NCBI GenBank assembly: GCA_964035545.1
Contig: CAXIUT010000147.1
Span: 1 to 27,395 of the forward strand
Origin: Bugula neritina
Lineage: Eukaryota; Animalia; Bryozoa
Reading direction: 5' to 3'
DNA: 27,395 nt
The translations under genes and the position numbers were made by a program. Positions 1 through 10,880 of this stretch are shown piece by piece. The notes under the pieces were generated by a model. The model worked only from the letters and a program-made list of their open reading frames with translations. It did not search any database and was not told the origin of the DNA. How positions within the stretch are numbered: position 1 is the first letter of the stretch; every line of letters starts with the position of its first letter.

Positions 1-69
1 CCCAACCCCAACCCCAACCCCAACCCCAACCCCAACCCCAACCCCAACCCCAACCCCAACCCCAACCCC
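1..69 (+). repeat. Left telomere, (CCCCAA)n
   Basis: About 11 perfect C4A2 units at the 5' terminus; the Tetrahymena-type ciliate telomere repeat. Confidence 0.98.
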
Positions 70-149
70 TATGTGCTATTAAAATATATAAAGAATCATC
101 TTATGGCTATCTCTTTCTTATAAATATTATATTTAATTTTAAAATTAAA

Positions 150-941
150 TCAAATTCGATAATCATCATATTTTCTTTCTTTATTGATCCCTTCAAAGTC
201 AATCAGTGTTAGGGGTTGTCCCTTGAGATTAAATTTTAGTCCTGTTTATTCTTAAAGAGTGAGCAAGCTGGTCATCCAATTGATCATTTTGAATGTCTAC
301 CCATGAGTATTATAGTATATGCTAAAAGCATTGATGTTATGTTGTTTCTTATGTTGTTGCAAATAACTATTTAATAGTATTGATCTGCTTTATACTATCC
401 TTCTTTTGTTATTTTGATTATAGATTTGTAGATGTTTTATACGTGTTTGCTATTTATTTGTATTATGTTTTCTTGCGGAATATTGGACCTGATATCAGCT
501 ATATACTGACTGACAGTGCTGTTTTAGAGGAGTTATTGGGCGTATGAAGTGAGACTTTATGATAAGGTTTTGGATGTTAGACTTTTATATTTAATTCTCT
601 AATGATGACTGTGTTGTAGTTTATTCTAGGTTTATTTGGATTTAGTTTGATTGTTTTTGAGTTGATTGCTATTATTATTCAATTTCGATTTGATTATTTT
701 GTTTTTGAAGTTGTTATTGGTGATTAATTGGTGAATGGCAAGTGGTTGTTTATGCAAATTAGAGTAAATAACTATTTTATTTTATTTCGGAGGAATATGT
801 TTGATGTAGTTTGAATTATGCCACAGTGAGAGAGATCAGAGCATTTATCTTATGGAATGGCTGAAGTTTAGGTTATTTGTTGTTTTGATTATAGAAGAAG
901 AAAGCTAGTCCTGAAGCTGCTCCTATTATTGGATAAATCAT
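150..941 (-). CDS. Hypothetical protein with a hydrophobic N-terminus; frameshifted as read
   Basis: ATG at 941: MIYPIIGAASGLAFFFYNQNNKEPKLQPFHKINALISLTVAEFKLHQTYSSE...; ends ...NLKGQPLTLIDFEGINKERKYDDYRI-TGA at 150-152. Several frame changes are needed in between. Confidence 0.5.
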
Positions 942-1107
942 TAACTATTATATCTTTGATATTCACAAAAAAAATATGTTTCAATGTGTCATTCAAATGA
1001 TATGAAAAATAGTCTAAAGATAGAATTTATTTTAATATTTTTTGTAAATGATTAGATAAAACTAATTATAACTAAAATTTAAACATTATTGAGAGTGATT
1101 TCAACAA

Positions 1108-1510
1108 TCATAAGTATGGATGCACTGATACTATCTTATCATGCAATTTTTCATATTTTTATACAAGAGATTCATTTATGGTTGAGCATCAATACCACTG
1201 AAGTTGGCTTCTTGGTCTCAGCAGCGACTCCCAGCTCCATTCTGCTTCTAACATATACGTAAGGAATATGGGCATCTTCGCACATGACAGGAATGTGACT
1301 GATTACATCGACTGGGGAGACATCAGATGCTAAGATGACGATACCTTTGGCTCCTTTCTTGATGGCTTTGCATACGTCTTTTACACCTCTGCGAGAGCCT
1401 TTCTCGATTGAGATGGCGAGTTAGTTTTAAGATTTAGCACGGAGAGAATCATTGGATAGAGGATTGGCGATGGGCGAGTTGTAGAAGGTTTATTCTTTTT
1501 ATGCCTCCAT
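1108..1510 (-). CDS. NHP2: H/ACA snoRNP subunit NHP2 (L7Ae family)
   Basis: SPIANPLSND...RRGVKDVCKAIKKGAKGIVILASDVSPVDVISHIPVMCEDAHIPYVYVRSRMELGVAAETKKPTSVVLM matches NHP2. Restoring five single-base homopolymer deletions gives 135 aa ending VSVHPYL-TGA. Confidence 0.92.
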
Positions 1511-1606
1511 GTTGAAGAAATCAATAAATATAGATGATTTTATAAAGAGTAAATCAATTTAATGATCATTTTAATAGTTAGAGATAAAGATATATTTGAA
1601 TGGAGA

Positions 1607-3966
1607 TCATTCTTGTTTGATTCCTGTTTCTAATTCTCCAAGTTTTGTCTCTAAGAGTTAATCTTGATCTGGTAATCTTTTCCATTTGCAGTATCTTTGT
1701 CTAGCTTCTTATCTATAGGTGGCTTCATTTCCTAAAATTTATCTGATTTTGTTGACTATCAGCATTAAATTTTAATACTCTTCTTCTTAATACTTTTGTT
1801 TTCTTTGAAGCATGATGACTGCTTGTTGAGTTCTTCCCCATCTAAGACAGTAGTTGGCATAATCCTCAAGAAATTGAGATTTTTAGATATTAGAAGTTGA
1901 TGCTTCGATGATGAGTTCATAAATTTCACAGGCGTCTTCGACCATGTTGTGGTGCTGGCATAGTTGGAGACCGTATGATTTGGGAGAAATCATTTCATTG
2001 TCTGGTAAAACTTTAAGAATGTTGACTATTCTTCTGATTAGTTAGTTTTTTGAAGTGATAGGTTGTTTAAGAGAATTTCTCTTTCATTTTAAGGGTTTCT
2101 TAGTCAGCAATAGATCTACAAATTGATTAGAAGTTTTTGTATGCTCTGATATAGCAATGAAGGGCTTTATTTTTGAAACCGTCCATAAGAAGAAGATCAG
2201 CTTTTGCTAATTAAAAATCACCTCTTTTTCTATTGAAAAATACAGGTTTTTGTGAATCTTTAAAATCTTGTTCATAATTTTTGAAGAATTTTAATATTGT
2301 TCAAGTAAATCGATGTTTGGGAAGAGTTTAGTGAGAATTTCTGAGGAGATTTGCAGAACAAATGTTTCAATAAAATCTTTTTTACTTTAAGTGAGTACAG
2401 TATCTATTTTACTGGGCAAATCAACCTTCACTTAATGAATTCTAATTTTATCAAGTTGATAAAGTTTATCGAACTATCTAAAACCTCTTTGAAGGACATA
2501 TTTCAAACTAGAGATCAGTTCCATTTCTTCATTATTAGTTGCAAATTTAGCCATACTATCTAACATACCTGAAAACTTATCAGAGTATCTTTTCATAGTA
2601 TCTTGAAATTCTTATGATCCCTCTTAAAAGGCACCTTCAGCAATTTCTTCAATCTTATTATATATTTCCAAAATGGCTTAAATGGCTTCAACAAGAGGCA
2701 AAGGCTAATAAGCTGCTTTAAAGATAGGTTCAATGCTTTCTTTGCTGTCATAGACATCATTGATCTCTAAAAATGATCTTATTTTAGCAAAATATTCTTA
2801 ATGGTTGAACGGTTTTATTAAATTTTACTGTTTTTAGGGAAGTTTTCCACATATTTTTGCCACTTGCTTTTGAAACAAGTAATGAGTACACATATGATAT
2901 CAGAAAATCCTGCATAAGAATTAATTTTTTCTTTGATTGCTTTGAGAATAAACTTTGTTAAACTTCTGTCATAGCAGCAAATTCTTTTTAGAAAGGAATA
3001 GAAATGATTGACTAATTCAGTTAATTTTAAACAGTGTCAAGGTTGAAGTATTCCCATTTAAGTTTTTAATTGAATCTCTTTTCAAAGTTACATTCTTCAG
3101 GTCCTACATCTTTTACAGCTGCTTTAAAAGATTCTATTCTGGCTGAGCTCAAAGAGTTTTAAAGAAGTTCCAATAGAATTTATTTATCTTCTACTTGGAA
3201 GAAAGGATCTTTGACTTTATCAATAATTTCTTACAAATATTGATAGTGATCTTCTGGCTTTTTTGATCGAGTAACAATCAATCCGATAGAGCTTTTCAAC
3301 ATTTCCTTCATTTCAGGAGTCAACAGGTTAAATTTAAACATATTAATGAATCCTCGAAAGGTTTTAATTAGTCCTTCTCCAGTTTCTTCTGAAAATCTAT
3401 GTTCATCCAAAACGATCAAAAATTTCACTTATCTAACTTGTTCAAAAATAGCTTTGAGGAAGTATGACACTCCAATAACTCCCACATGGTCTCTAGTATC
3501 AAAGTAACCTGCCATATCAATCAAACTAACTCCTTCATGAAAGTTGATGTGGATATTTGGATCTAGAGTCACTGAAGAAAAGCTACTTCCTAAGGCTGCC
3601 ATAGATTTATCAGAGCTATCAAGGGGATCAAAGTAAGAGTTGAGTTTTCCTTTGCCAATTAAAGGCTTGTTTAGCATCCAGTTGAAAGTTGTAGATTTAC
3701 CTGCTCTGGTGAGACCTACTTGAATGATGGCCTTTCTATGGGCTTTTATGATCTTTCTATCTCCTTTTAGAGGACTCTAAAGAGGTTTTGTTTAGTGACT
3801 TACATTATCAATATTACTTGCAAATCGAATAGTCAATTTATAGTAAGAATTATTATATTTTATTGATTACCGATAATCTATCTAAGTACTTATCTATAAA
3901 ATACCTAAAAAGAGATTAAACTTTTAAGATTTAATTGATTTCTACTATCTTAGCCTGATTAGACAT
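1607..3966 (-). CDS. P-loop GTPase (TRAFAC-like) with a long helical C-terminus, ~780 aa
   Basis: G1 VGLTRAGKSTT (~3690-3720), G2-like SVTLDP, G3 LIDMAGYFD, degenerate G4 LIVTRS. Track ORFs 3429-3677 and 3231-3428 join through an in-frame TAA. Start and stop are approximate because of indels or a possible intron at ~3800-3818. Confidence 0.75.
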
Positions 3967-3999
3967 ATTTTTTATATATTTTTATTATTTTTTATCGAA

Positions 4000-4853
4000 A
4001 ATGAGGGTATGATTGAGTGATAGGCACCTCATGATAAAGATAGGAATTCTAGAATATCAAATAAACTATAATTATGGTCTAATTTTAATATTAAGCAAGT
4101 AAAATCTCATTTCTCTGATCACTCCTGATGATTATTTTTCAATAATATCAAAAATAAAATCATGAAATAAGAGATGAAGACACTCAGATAGATGATATTA
4201 ATTGATCAATTTTAATTTATTTTTTAAAGAATGATAATATTTTAATGTTTATGTTTATGTTGTTATTATTGACATATATTCTTGTAGGAAAATCATCAAG
4301 AAATTAAATAATCCATAATTTAAAATTCTTCATATGATAATAATTATTTTTGATATATTTTGATATAAATGTTGAATAGTGTTGATAATAATTTGATAAG
4401 TTTTATTTTGTTTATTTTTCAATTGTTTATTTATTGAACATTATGGTGTTAAAATAATGTTATTGAATTTATTGGAAATATTTATTTGGATAGATTTTGT
4501 TTGTTATCGATAGTTTGTTGTGGTTTTTTTTATATTTATGTTAAAAATTATCAATAAAAAAGAGATTCTTAGGATGTAAATCATTCATTTATTTTTCATT
4601 AAATAACTCTAAAAACTATTTTTGAATAGTGTTCTTGGTGATTATCACTATTTATTACTTTTTTTGGATTAATTTTATCTAATAAGCTTATTTTTGGTCA
4701 AACGATGATTGATAGTTTTGCATTTTCTCTCTTAAAAATCAATAATTTATCAATAAAATAGCTTTAACAGATATCTAATACTATTATGAATATCTATTTA
4801 GTAATTCCTTATGCTGATAGTCTGTTAAGAAGTAGTCTACTATCACTAATCAT
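4000..4853 (-). CDS. Possible hypothetical protein (very AT-rich)
   Basis: ATG at 4853 MISDSRLLLNRLSAEGITKEIF..., followed by long TGA-free stretches that need frame changes. No recognisable motif; 3' end uncertain. Confidence 0.3.
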
Positions 4854-4935
4854 ATCATTAATATCAAAAATAAATATCAAACTATTAAAACTGATAATTC
4901 TAAGATATCATATATATCAATATTAACATACAATA

Positions 4936-6245
4936 ATGGAGCTACATCAGGTGATAATCATCGGGGCAGGAGCATCAGGTATTGGTGCTGCTTATACTTT
5001 AAACAAGTTGAATGTTCCATTTGTTATCTTGGAGAGTCGGATAGAATTGGAGGTCGTATGCATACTATGTAAATTGACGGGTCGATTATTCATCTAGGGG
5101 CATGCTATTTGCATAATCCTAATGAAAATCATGCTTTTTTGAATCTTATGAAAGAACTTGATATTCAACCTCTTAAAAATAACTATAGTAATTAGAGATA
5201 TATTCGATAGGGAGGATAAGTTATCGATTTAAAAGAGGTGTAAGAAGGTAAAAAATGTATAACTAGCTAAATTAATATATCACTATCAAAGCTAAACAAC
5301 TTAAATAGGATGTTCCTTTGATTGTGGCTGTTGATTAGTTTTTTTAGAAGATGAAGAAGAATAGATCTAAGAAAGCAATATAGATGGCTAAATTTATAAT
5401 GAAATTTGATGCGGGATTTGAAGGATCAGATATGAATATCTTTCTCTGAGATAATTTATTCATTAAAGAACAGCTTAAGACATGGTTCCACCGGAGGATA
5501 TCACAATGTTCTTTCAAAGATATGTAATTCCTTCAAGCCTAAAATATACTTCAATAAAAAGGTAGTTTCTATTGACTATTCTCAAGATAATGTGATTATT
5601 TCTGTTAATAATGGCTAGAAATATCAAGCAAAAGCATTGATATCAAGTTTACCTTTGGGAGTATTGAAAAGAAAGGTTGTTAGTTTCAATCCTGTACTTC
5701 CTGAATCATATGTTAAAACTATTGAGAATATAACTTGTGGAATTATGAACAAAATATATCTCAAATTTGAATAAGATTTTTGGACTGGAACAAGCGATTG
5801 GAATTTCTTATACACATAGTAGTCTCTAACCTTTAATGTTGTTGTCAATGAAGCTCAGACAAGTCCGAATTTAATGTGTATTAAAATAGGAGGTATTTAA
5901 AATATCCACATCTTCGATAAAACTGATAAATAACTGCTTAAAGATGTTTTTACTTATTTGTAGAAATACTTCAAGAAGGATAAGATGAAGTTAAAAGGGT
6001 ATCATATTACTCGATGGCACAAAGATGAGAATAGTTACGGATCGTATACTACTCTTCATACAGGAGAGACCAGATAAAGTATTAGAGAGCTGAATAAACC
6101 TCTTGATAATAAAGTTTGGTTTGTTGGATAGCATTGTAGTGTTGAAAAGTTTTCGTTTGCTCATGGAGCGTTGGAAAGTGGACAAAAAGCTGCTTTAGAA
6201 GTAGCTGCTAAACTCAAAAACTAAGCAATTAAGGGAAAGTTATGA
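4936..6245 (+). CDS. Flavin-containing amine oxidase (polyamine oxidase-like)
   Basis: FAD-binding VIIIGAGASGIGAA, LESRDRIGGRMHT, LGACYLH, SLPLGVLK..VSFNPVLP, NKIYLKFEEDFW, ITRWHKDENSYGSY, WFVGEHC...AHGALESGQKAA; ends KGKL-TGA. Four 1-nt deletions (~5040, 5255, 5443, 5492) restore ~437 aa. Confidence 0.93.
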
Positions 6246-6292
6246 TATAATCGATATTAATATTAATTAAAATATTATAAATAAAAAGAATA

Positions 6293-7353
6293 ATGTAGGA
6301 CAATAGTAACAGATAGTTGCCTCAAATGAATCCATAATAGCAATAGCTACTGCATAGAAATGAAGTAAAGACATCATTTTCTAATTATACAAAAGATATT
6401 TTATCATAGTAAAACAACTTCTCCTTAAAACTTAAAAATAGATATTACCAACTGAATCAATAGCGTAAAAGGATGATGATGTAAGAGGCGGTTAAAAGCA
6501 ATCAACTATTTTTAGACAAAATAATTTAATACATAAATGATATATACCAATAGAAAGAGTATAAGGCTAATAATGAGAGTACAGCAAACAACAGATCAAA
6601 GATAAAGACAACGCTAAAGCAATTTTTTAGATAGTGGTGCAAAGAGAGTAAGGAGAAGTAAGACTATCGAAAGATGGTCGATAAGATAAAGAAATATTTG
6701 AAGAAGGGAGATAATGTTCTTGTACCTGGTTGTGGATTGGGTCGATTGGTATATGAACTGATCTATGCTGGATTTGGAGCATAAGGCAACGAAGTCACTT
6801 ATTTCATGCTATTTGGGTCCAATTTCATCATCAATTGTTGCTAGAGTAAATAACAATTCAAAATATATCCTTTTGTTAGTTCCACTAATTACTATAGCAG
6901 TTAGTAGGATCTTTTTAGAAGTTTTGTTGTTCCTGATGTGGCACCCAGTCAATAACTTGAAGGCGTTAGGAACAACCCAACTTTGCCATTTCTGCTGGAT
7001 AGTTTACCTAGATATATAGAGAGAGAAAGGAGTTTTTTTAGGGTGTGGCGACTTGTTTCTTTCTTGATACTGCTAATAATATATTTTAGTATGTCGATAC
7101 CATTAGGTCTACGTTAAAGAAAGGAGGAATTTGGGTCAATTTTGGTCCATTGCTCTATCACTATCGATAAATGACTAACTAGGTGTCAATTGAGGTGAGT
7201 TGGTAACAGCTGAAATCATATATAAGTGAATACTTTTAGTTTAAGGAGTAAGAAATGGTTTAGACAACTTATTGCCATGATCCTAAATGCGAGATGAATG
7301 TTTAGTATCAGTGTATAAGTTTTGTTTGTATGAAAAAAGATGAAAATAAATGA
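6293..7353 (+). CDS. CARNMT1: Carnosine N-methyltransferase (N2227 family)
   Basis: KIKTTLKQFFREW, VLVPGCGLGRLVYEL, GNEVTYFML, AGEFTEIY, VATCFFLDTANNIFEYVDTI, LKKGGIWVNFGPLLYHY, SIEVSWEQLK. One 1-nt deletion near 6975. Confidence 0.93.
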
Positions 7354-7413
7354 TTGCTATATTTTAATCCTTTATCTATTTGATAATATATTGAAAATGA
7401 AAAATACTATTGA

Positions 7414-8281
7414 TCATTATGCAATAGGGTGTTTTAGACTATATCTCTTTAAGAACTCTATCTTCCAGCATTATCTTGCACTAGTTCAGTCTATTTTGAG
7501 CCATTAGCAACTCCTATTCATAAGAGATCGCTTTAAGTGGTAGCTATATCAGCTAAATTATCAATATTTTACATCGTTTTAGTTCTATTCTTTTCTAGAA
7601 TGATAGTATGTATTTAATTGTATCAAAATTCTTTCTTTGTCTCTGATATTTTCTTCCACTATTCGTATTCTTTGCGACATTCTTAGATAGAATTGTTGAT
7701 ATTGGCATAATGCACTCTTTTATCGTTTCTTTATTAAGCAAAGCGTCTCGAATAACTTACTGCTATTGACATTTTTTATCTATATTTGCTTTAAATTACT
7801 TAACTATGCATATTGGTTATCAAGTTATTCATAACTAGTAGTCTAATTGATAATATTTTTAAGAATTTACTGTTTATCTATTGTTTTATCTTTGATCTTT
7901 ACGATATCTTGATGATTGCGATCAATGACGATTCCTTGTTTCTACATATATGCATATAATTTCATCATTTATGTCATTGTTTATGTATTCGGTCTGCTAT
8001 CTTTATCTAAAATTATTTGCTATTTCTTATCTATTCGATCTTTGACTCGTCCCTACACTAACATTATAAAATACGTTGAGTTCATGTACGCTTTTCTTTG
8101 TTTTTTTACGAATGTTTTAAAGTTGTTCTAATAGATCTTTTCTTTTATCTAGAAGGGTCTAATTTTTTTATGAGACAAATGTGTTTATTATTTTTATGTT
8201 GTCTGGATTGGTCTAGGATTGGAGATGAGACATTATTTAATCTAATGTCATTTTTTTTAGTTTGCTGCGGCGAATAGACAT
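7414..8281 (-). CDS. Hypothetical coiled-coil protein, ~290 aa
   Basis: ATG at 8281 MSIRRSKLKKMTLDEIMSHLQSE...; about 240 codons open with TAR=Glu, K/E/Q-rich heptads. The 3' end needs frame changes, so the stop is approximate. Confidence 0.6.
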
Positions 8282-8488
8282 GACTGTTATTTTATCTATT
8301 AAAGTCAATAAAATATATTTAGGGAAATTAAATTAATATTAAGTAAGATCAATCAATAATGAATGAATTACTTTTATCAGATAAGTAATTATAAAAATAG
8401 CTATTAGTTAAAAATGACTTGAACTTGATTCTTTGTATAAGGTTCAAATATATATTTATTTTAGTTTAGAAGATCTCTATAATATTTT

Positions 8489-10052
8489 ATGTACCAATAA
8501 AATAATTCAACATTCCAAGCACCTGGTGCCCGTCTTGATCTTCAAGGCCCACAAATCCAGACCAATCTACAAAGTCCAGAATACAAACAAACCTAGGAAA
8601 CCCTCAATTCCAATCAAACAATCAAGATATCGTCTTCAATCCAACTTGCAAGGATCACATCTACAAAGTAACTTGAGATAGCCTTAAGGTCAAGGAAGAT
8701 ATCAATAAATTGAACTTCAATCTAACATGAGAGACCATAGATTCAGTCCAACATGAGAGGACCTGAACTTCATTCTAACATTCAAGGAAGTTCACATTTA
8801 CAGACTAATATGCAAGGTAGTTCTCTAAATCATTCGAATCCTAACATCCATTCAAGTCCTCACATCCTATCTAGTCCCAATCTCAACTTGAATGTCCAAA
8901 ACAACCAAATCAGAACATCTTAAGCTGACTTTTCCTTCAATCTCCTCCCAGCAATCTCCTCCCAGATATCCAGGCAGATAATAAAACAGACCTCTACTTC
9001 CCCAACAAGGATTCCAAGGAAACTTCAATTCCCAATAAAACAACAATTCATCAAACATTCCCCCACAATAGATCTAATCTTACATGAGAAAGAAACCTTA
9101 CACTCAAAATTTATATGGCTAAGAGTACACATACTCAGTTCTTCCAAAAAAACAGCAAACTCTCTGTATGAGCAACGACCGTTTTCTTCTTTTGAAAGGA
9201 TATTAGACAATTTCCTATTCAAATGATTTACCAAAACCAAAAACAGTGCCTTTTTCATCACTATCAGATATTCCCAAAGGCAAAGTAACTTCATCTTTGC
9301 TTGAAGTAGAGAAGTGTGAACTTCAAGATCAAAGTTTGATAATTAGATTTGCCAAAGACAAGAAGTTATGGCAATTTAATTGTCCATCTAAAATATGTGC
9401 GATTGAGTGGTCTCAAAAAATCAATTAAGCTGTTACTGTTGTTAACTAATTCAAGTTAAGTGGCATGCATTCTATGTAGGTATTTTTACGTACAAGAGGT
9501 GGAAAGCAGTCAAATAATTTTAGACCTCTTGAATACAGGCCAGAACCACAAATTGAACATAACTTTAACAGAGTTGATATCAATAGATCAGAAGAGAGAT
9601 TGGGTTCTTCAAATATTCATCCTCAAGTCAACTTGAATAAATAATTTAGCACTCCACCTAGACAAGTCAATGTTGATATCAATCATAAAGATCATGGAAT
9701 AAGCAATGCTTCTACTTTCAACGGCAATGCCAACTTTACAGGTTCGCCTGCTAGAATAAATTAATATAGAAGTCAAATTACAACCAATGTTGTACCACCA
9801 CCAGTTAATACTGATTTAAATATCAAGTATAATAGCAGTCTTAATACTACCCAAACTTCTGCAAATTTCAGCTCAAATGATGACAAATTAAGCATGATGT
9901 TAAGAAGTAGCAACTATCAAAGATATCCTTTGGGTGTTCCTCAAGGAGTAACTCAACATACTTTCCAAAGAAGCACACAACCAAATTATGAAATTGGAAT
10001 GAAGAAACAGGTCAGTACTGATTACGAGAACCACGATAGATACCTTTCATGA
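8489..10052 (+). CDS. PH-domain protein with N/Q/S-rich low-complexity flanks
   Basis: ~9150-9430 reads NDRFLLLKGYETISYS...PKGKV...LIIRFAKDKKLWQFNCPSKICAIEWSQKINEAV (PH-type strands and terminal Trp helix); ends ENHDRYLS-TGA. Start uncertain (8414 or 8489); a few indels. Confidence 0.7.
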
Positions 10053-10121
10053 TCCGATCATCATCATATCATTTATGAATAGTATAGATACTAAGATAGT
10101 ATGATAAGAAATTAAATAATA

Positions 10122-10547
10122 TCATGCTTAGGTTCCTCTACCTTATCCTGCTATTGCTATTACTTTATATTTCGACTCAGGTTGTTGACTGATTTAATAG
10201 TAGTCTTCAGTTTATTTACCACAATAAGTATCATAGAAGTGATTCGATGATACTGTGTCCCACAATTTGTATGTTTTTTTGTTATTATTGGTTAAATGCT
10301 ATACAAAACAAGCTCCAAAATTAGGTTTTCCTTGAATTTGTGAGAAAGTGATAAAGACAAAATCGAAAGTAGGATGATAATGTTCTAGATAAAGACATTT
10401 GAAGTCACAGTAGTTCCAGATATCATCTGAATGGTCTACTAGGAATTATGGACTTTATCCTGTTATCCAGAAGTTGTGAGTTCTAAGTGTTAAAGCCGAG
10501 ACGAGAAAGATGAGGATTTAAAAGGTTAATATCTTCAAGTTTATCAT
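10122..10547 (-). CDS. Small putative secreted protein, 141 aa
   Basis: Intact 142-codon ATG..TGA frame with TAR=Glu; N-terminus MINLKILTF(E)ILIFLVSA resembles a signal peptide; 4 Cys. Confidence 0.7.
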
Positions 10548-10880
10548 ATTTGATTTAATATCATATTTATAGTAAAAATAGTCAAGAAGTTCCGTTGGTT
10601 TTAAAGATTTAATAATAAAATTATTGAAATAGAAGGAATATCGATTAATTCAGGATAAGTTTTAAAGTGTTTTAATATCATATCATTGATAAATATAATA
10701 TTGATAAAATGAATAATTTGAATATTTAAATTCTATTTAAATTAAAAAAGAATTTAAATAGTATAATCTTTTACAATTATAGGAGATAAAATATTGATAA
10801 ATATAAAAGAATTATTATGAATTTATCTACAAAATTAGATTAAATCAAAGCGCTAATTCTCATATAAATATTATATATTC

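Noticed and set aside
70-150. Conserved chromosome-breakage motif next to the three telomeres (TATTAAA occurs near each)
   Set aside because: It lies at different distances from each telomere in very AT-rich DNA, as expected by chance.
8414-8464. Upstream ATG and 23-nt GT-AG segment (8442-8464) as a first exon and intron of the PH gene
   Set aside because: Plausible, but the ATG is followed by TGA after two codons and the region has indels; it cannot be resolved without RNA data.
150-9200. Programmed ribosomal frameshifting, RNA editing or pseudogenes to explain frame breaks in NHP2, the amine oxidase, CARNMT1 and others
   Set aside because: The breaks I could resolve are single-base losses in short homopolymers with no shared slippery motif, hit an essential gene, and are concentrated in the left ~10 kb; long-read consensus error is the simpler explanation. 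Euplotes-type frameshifting needs TAA/TAG to be stops.
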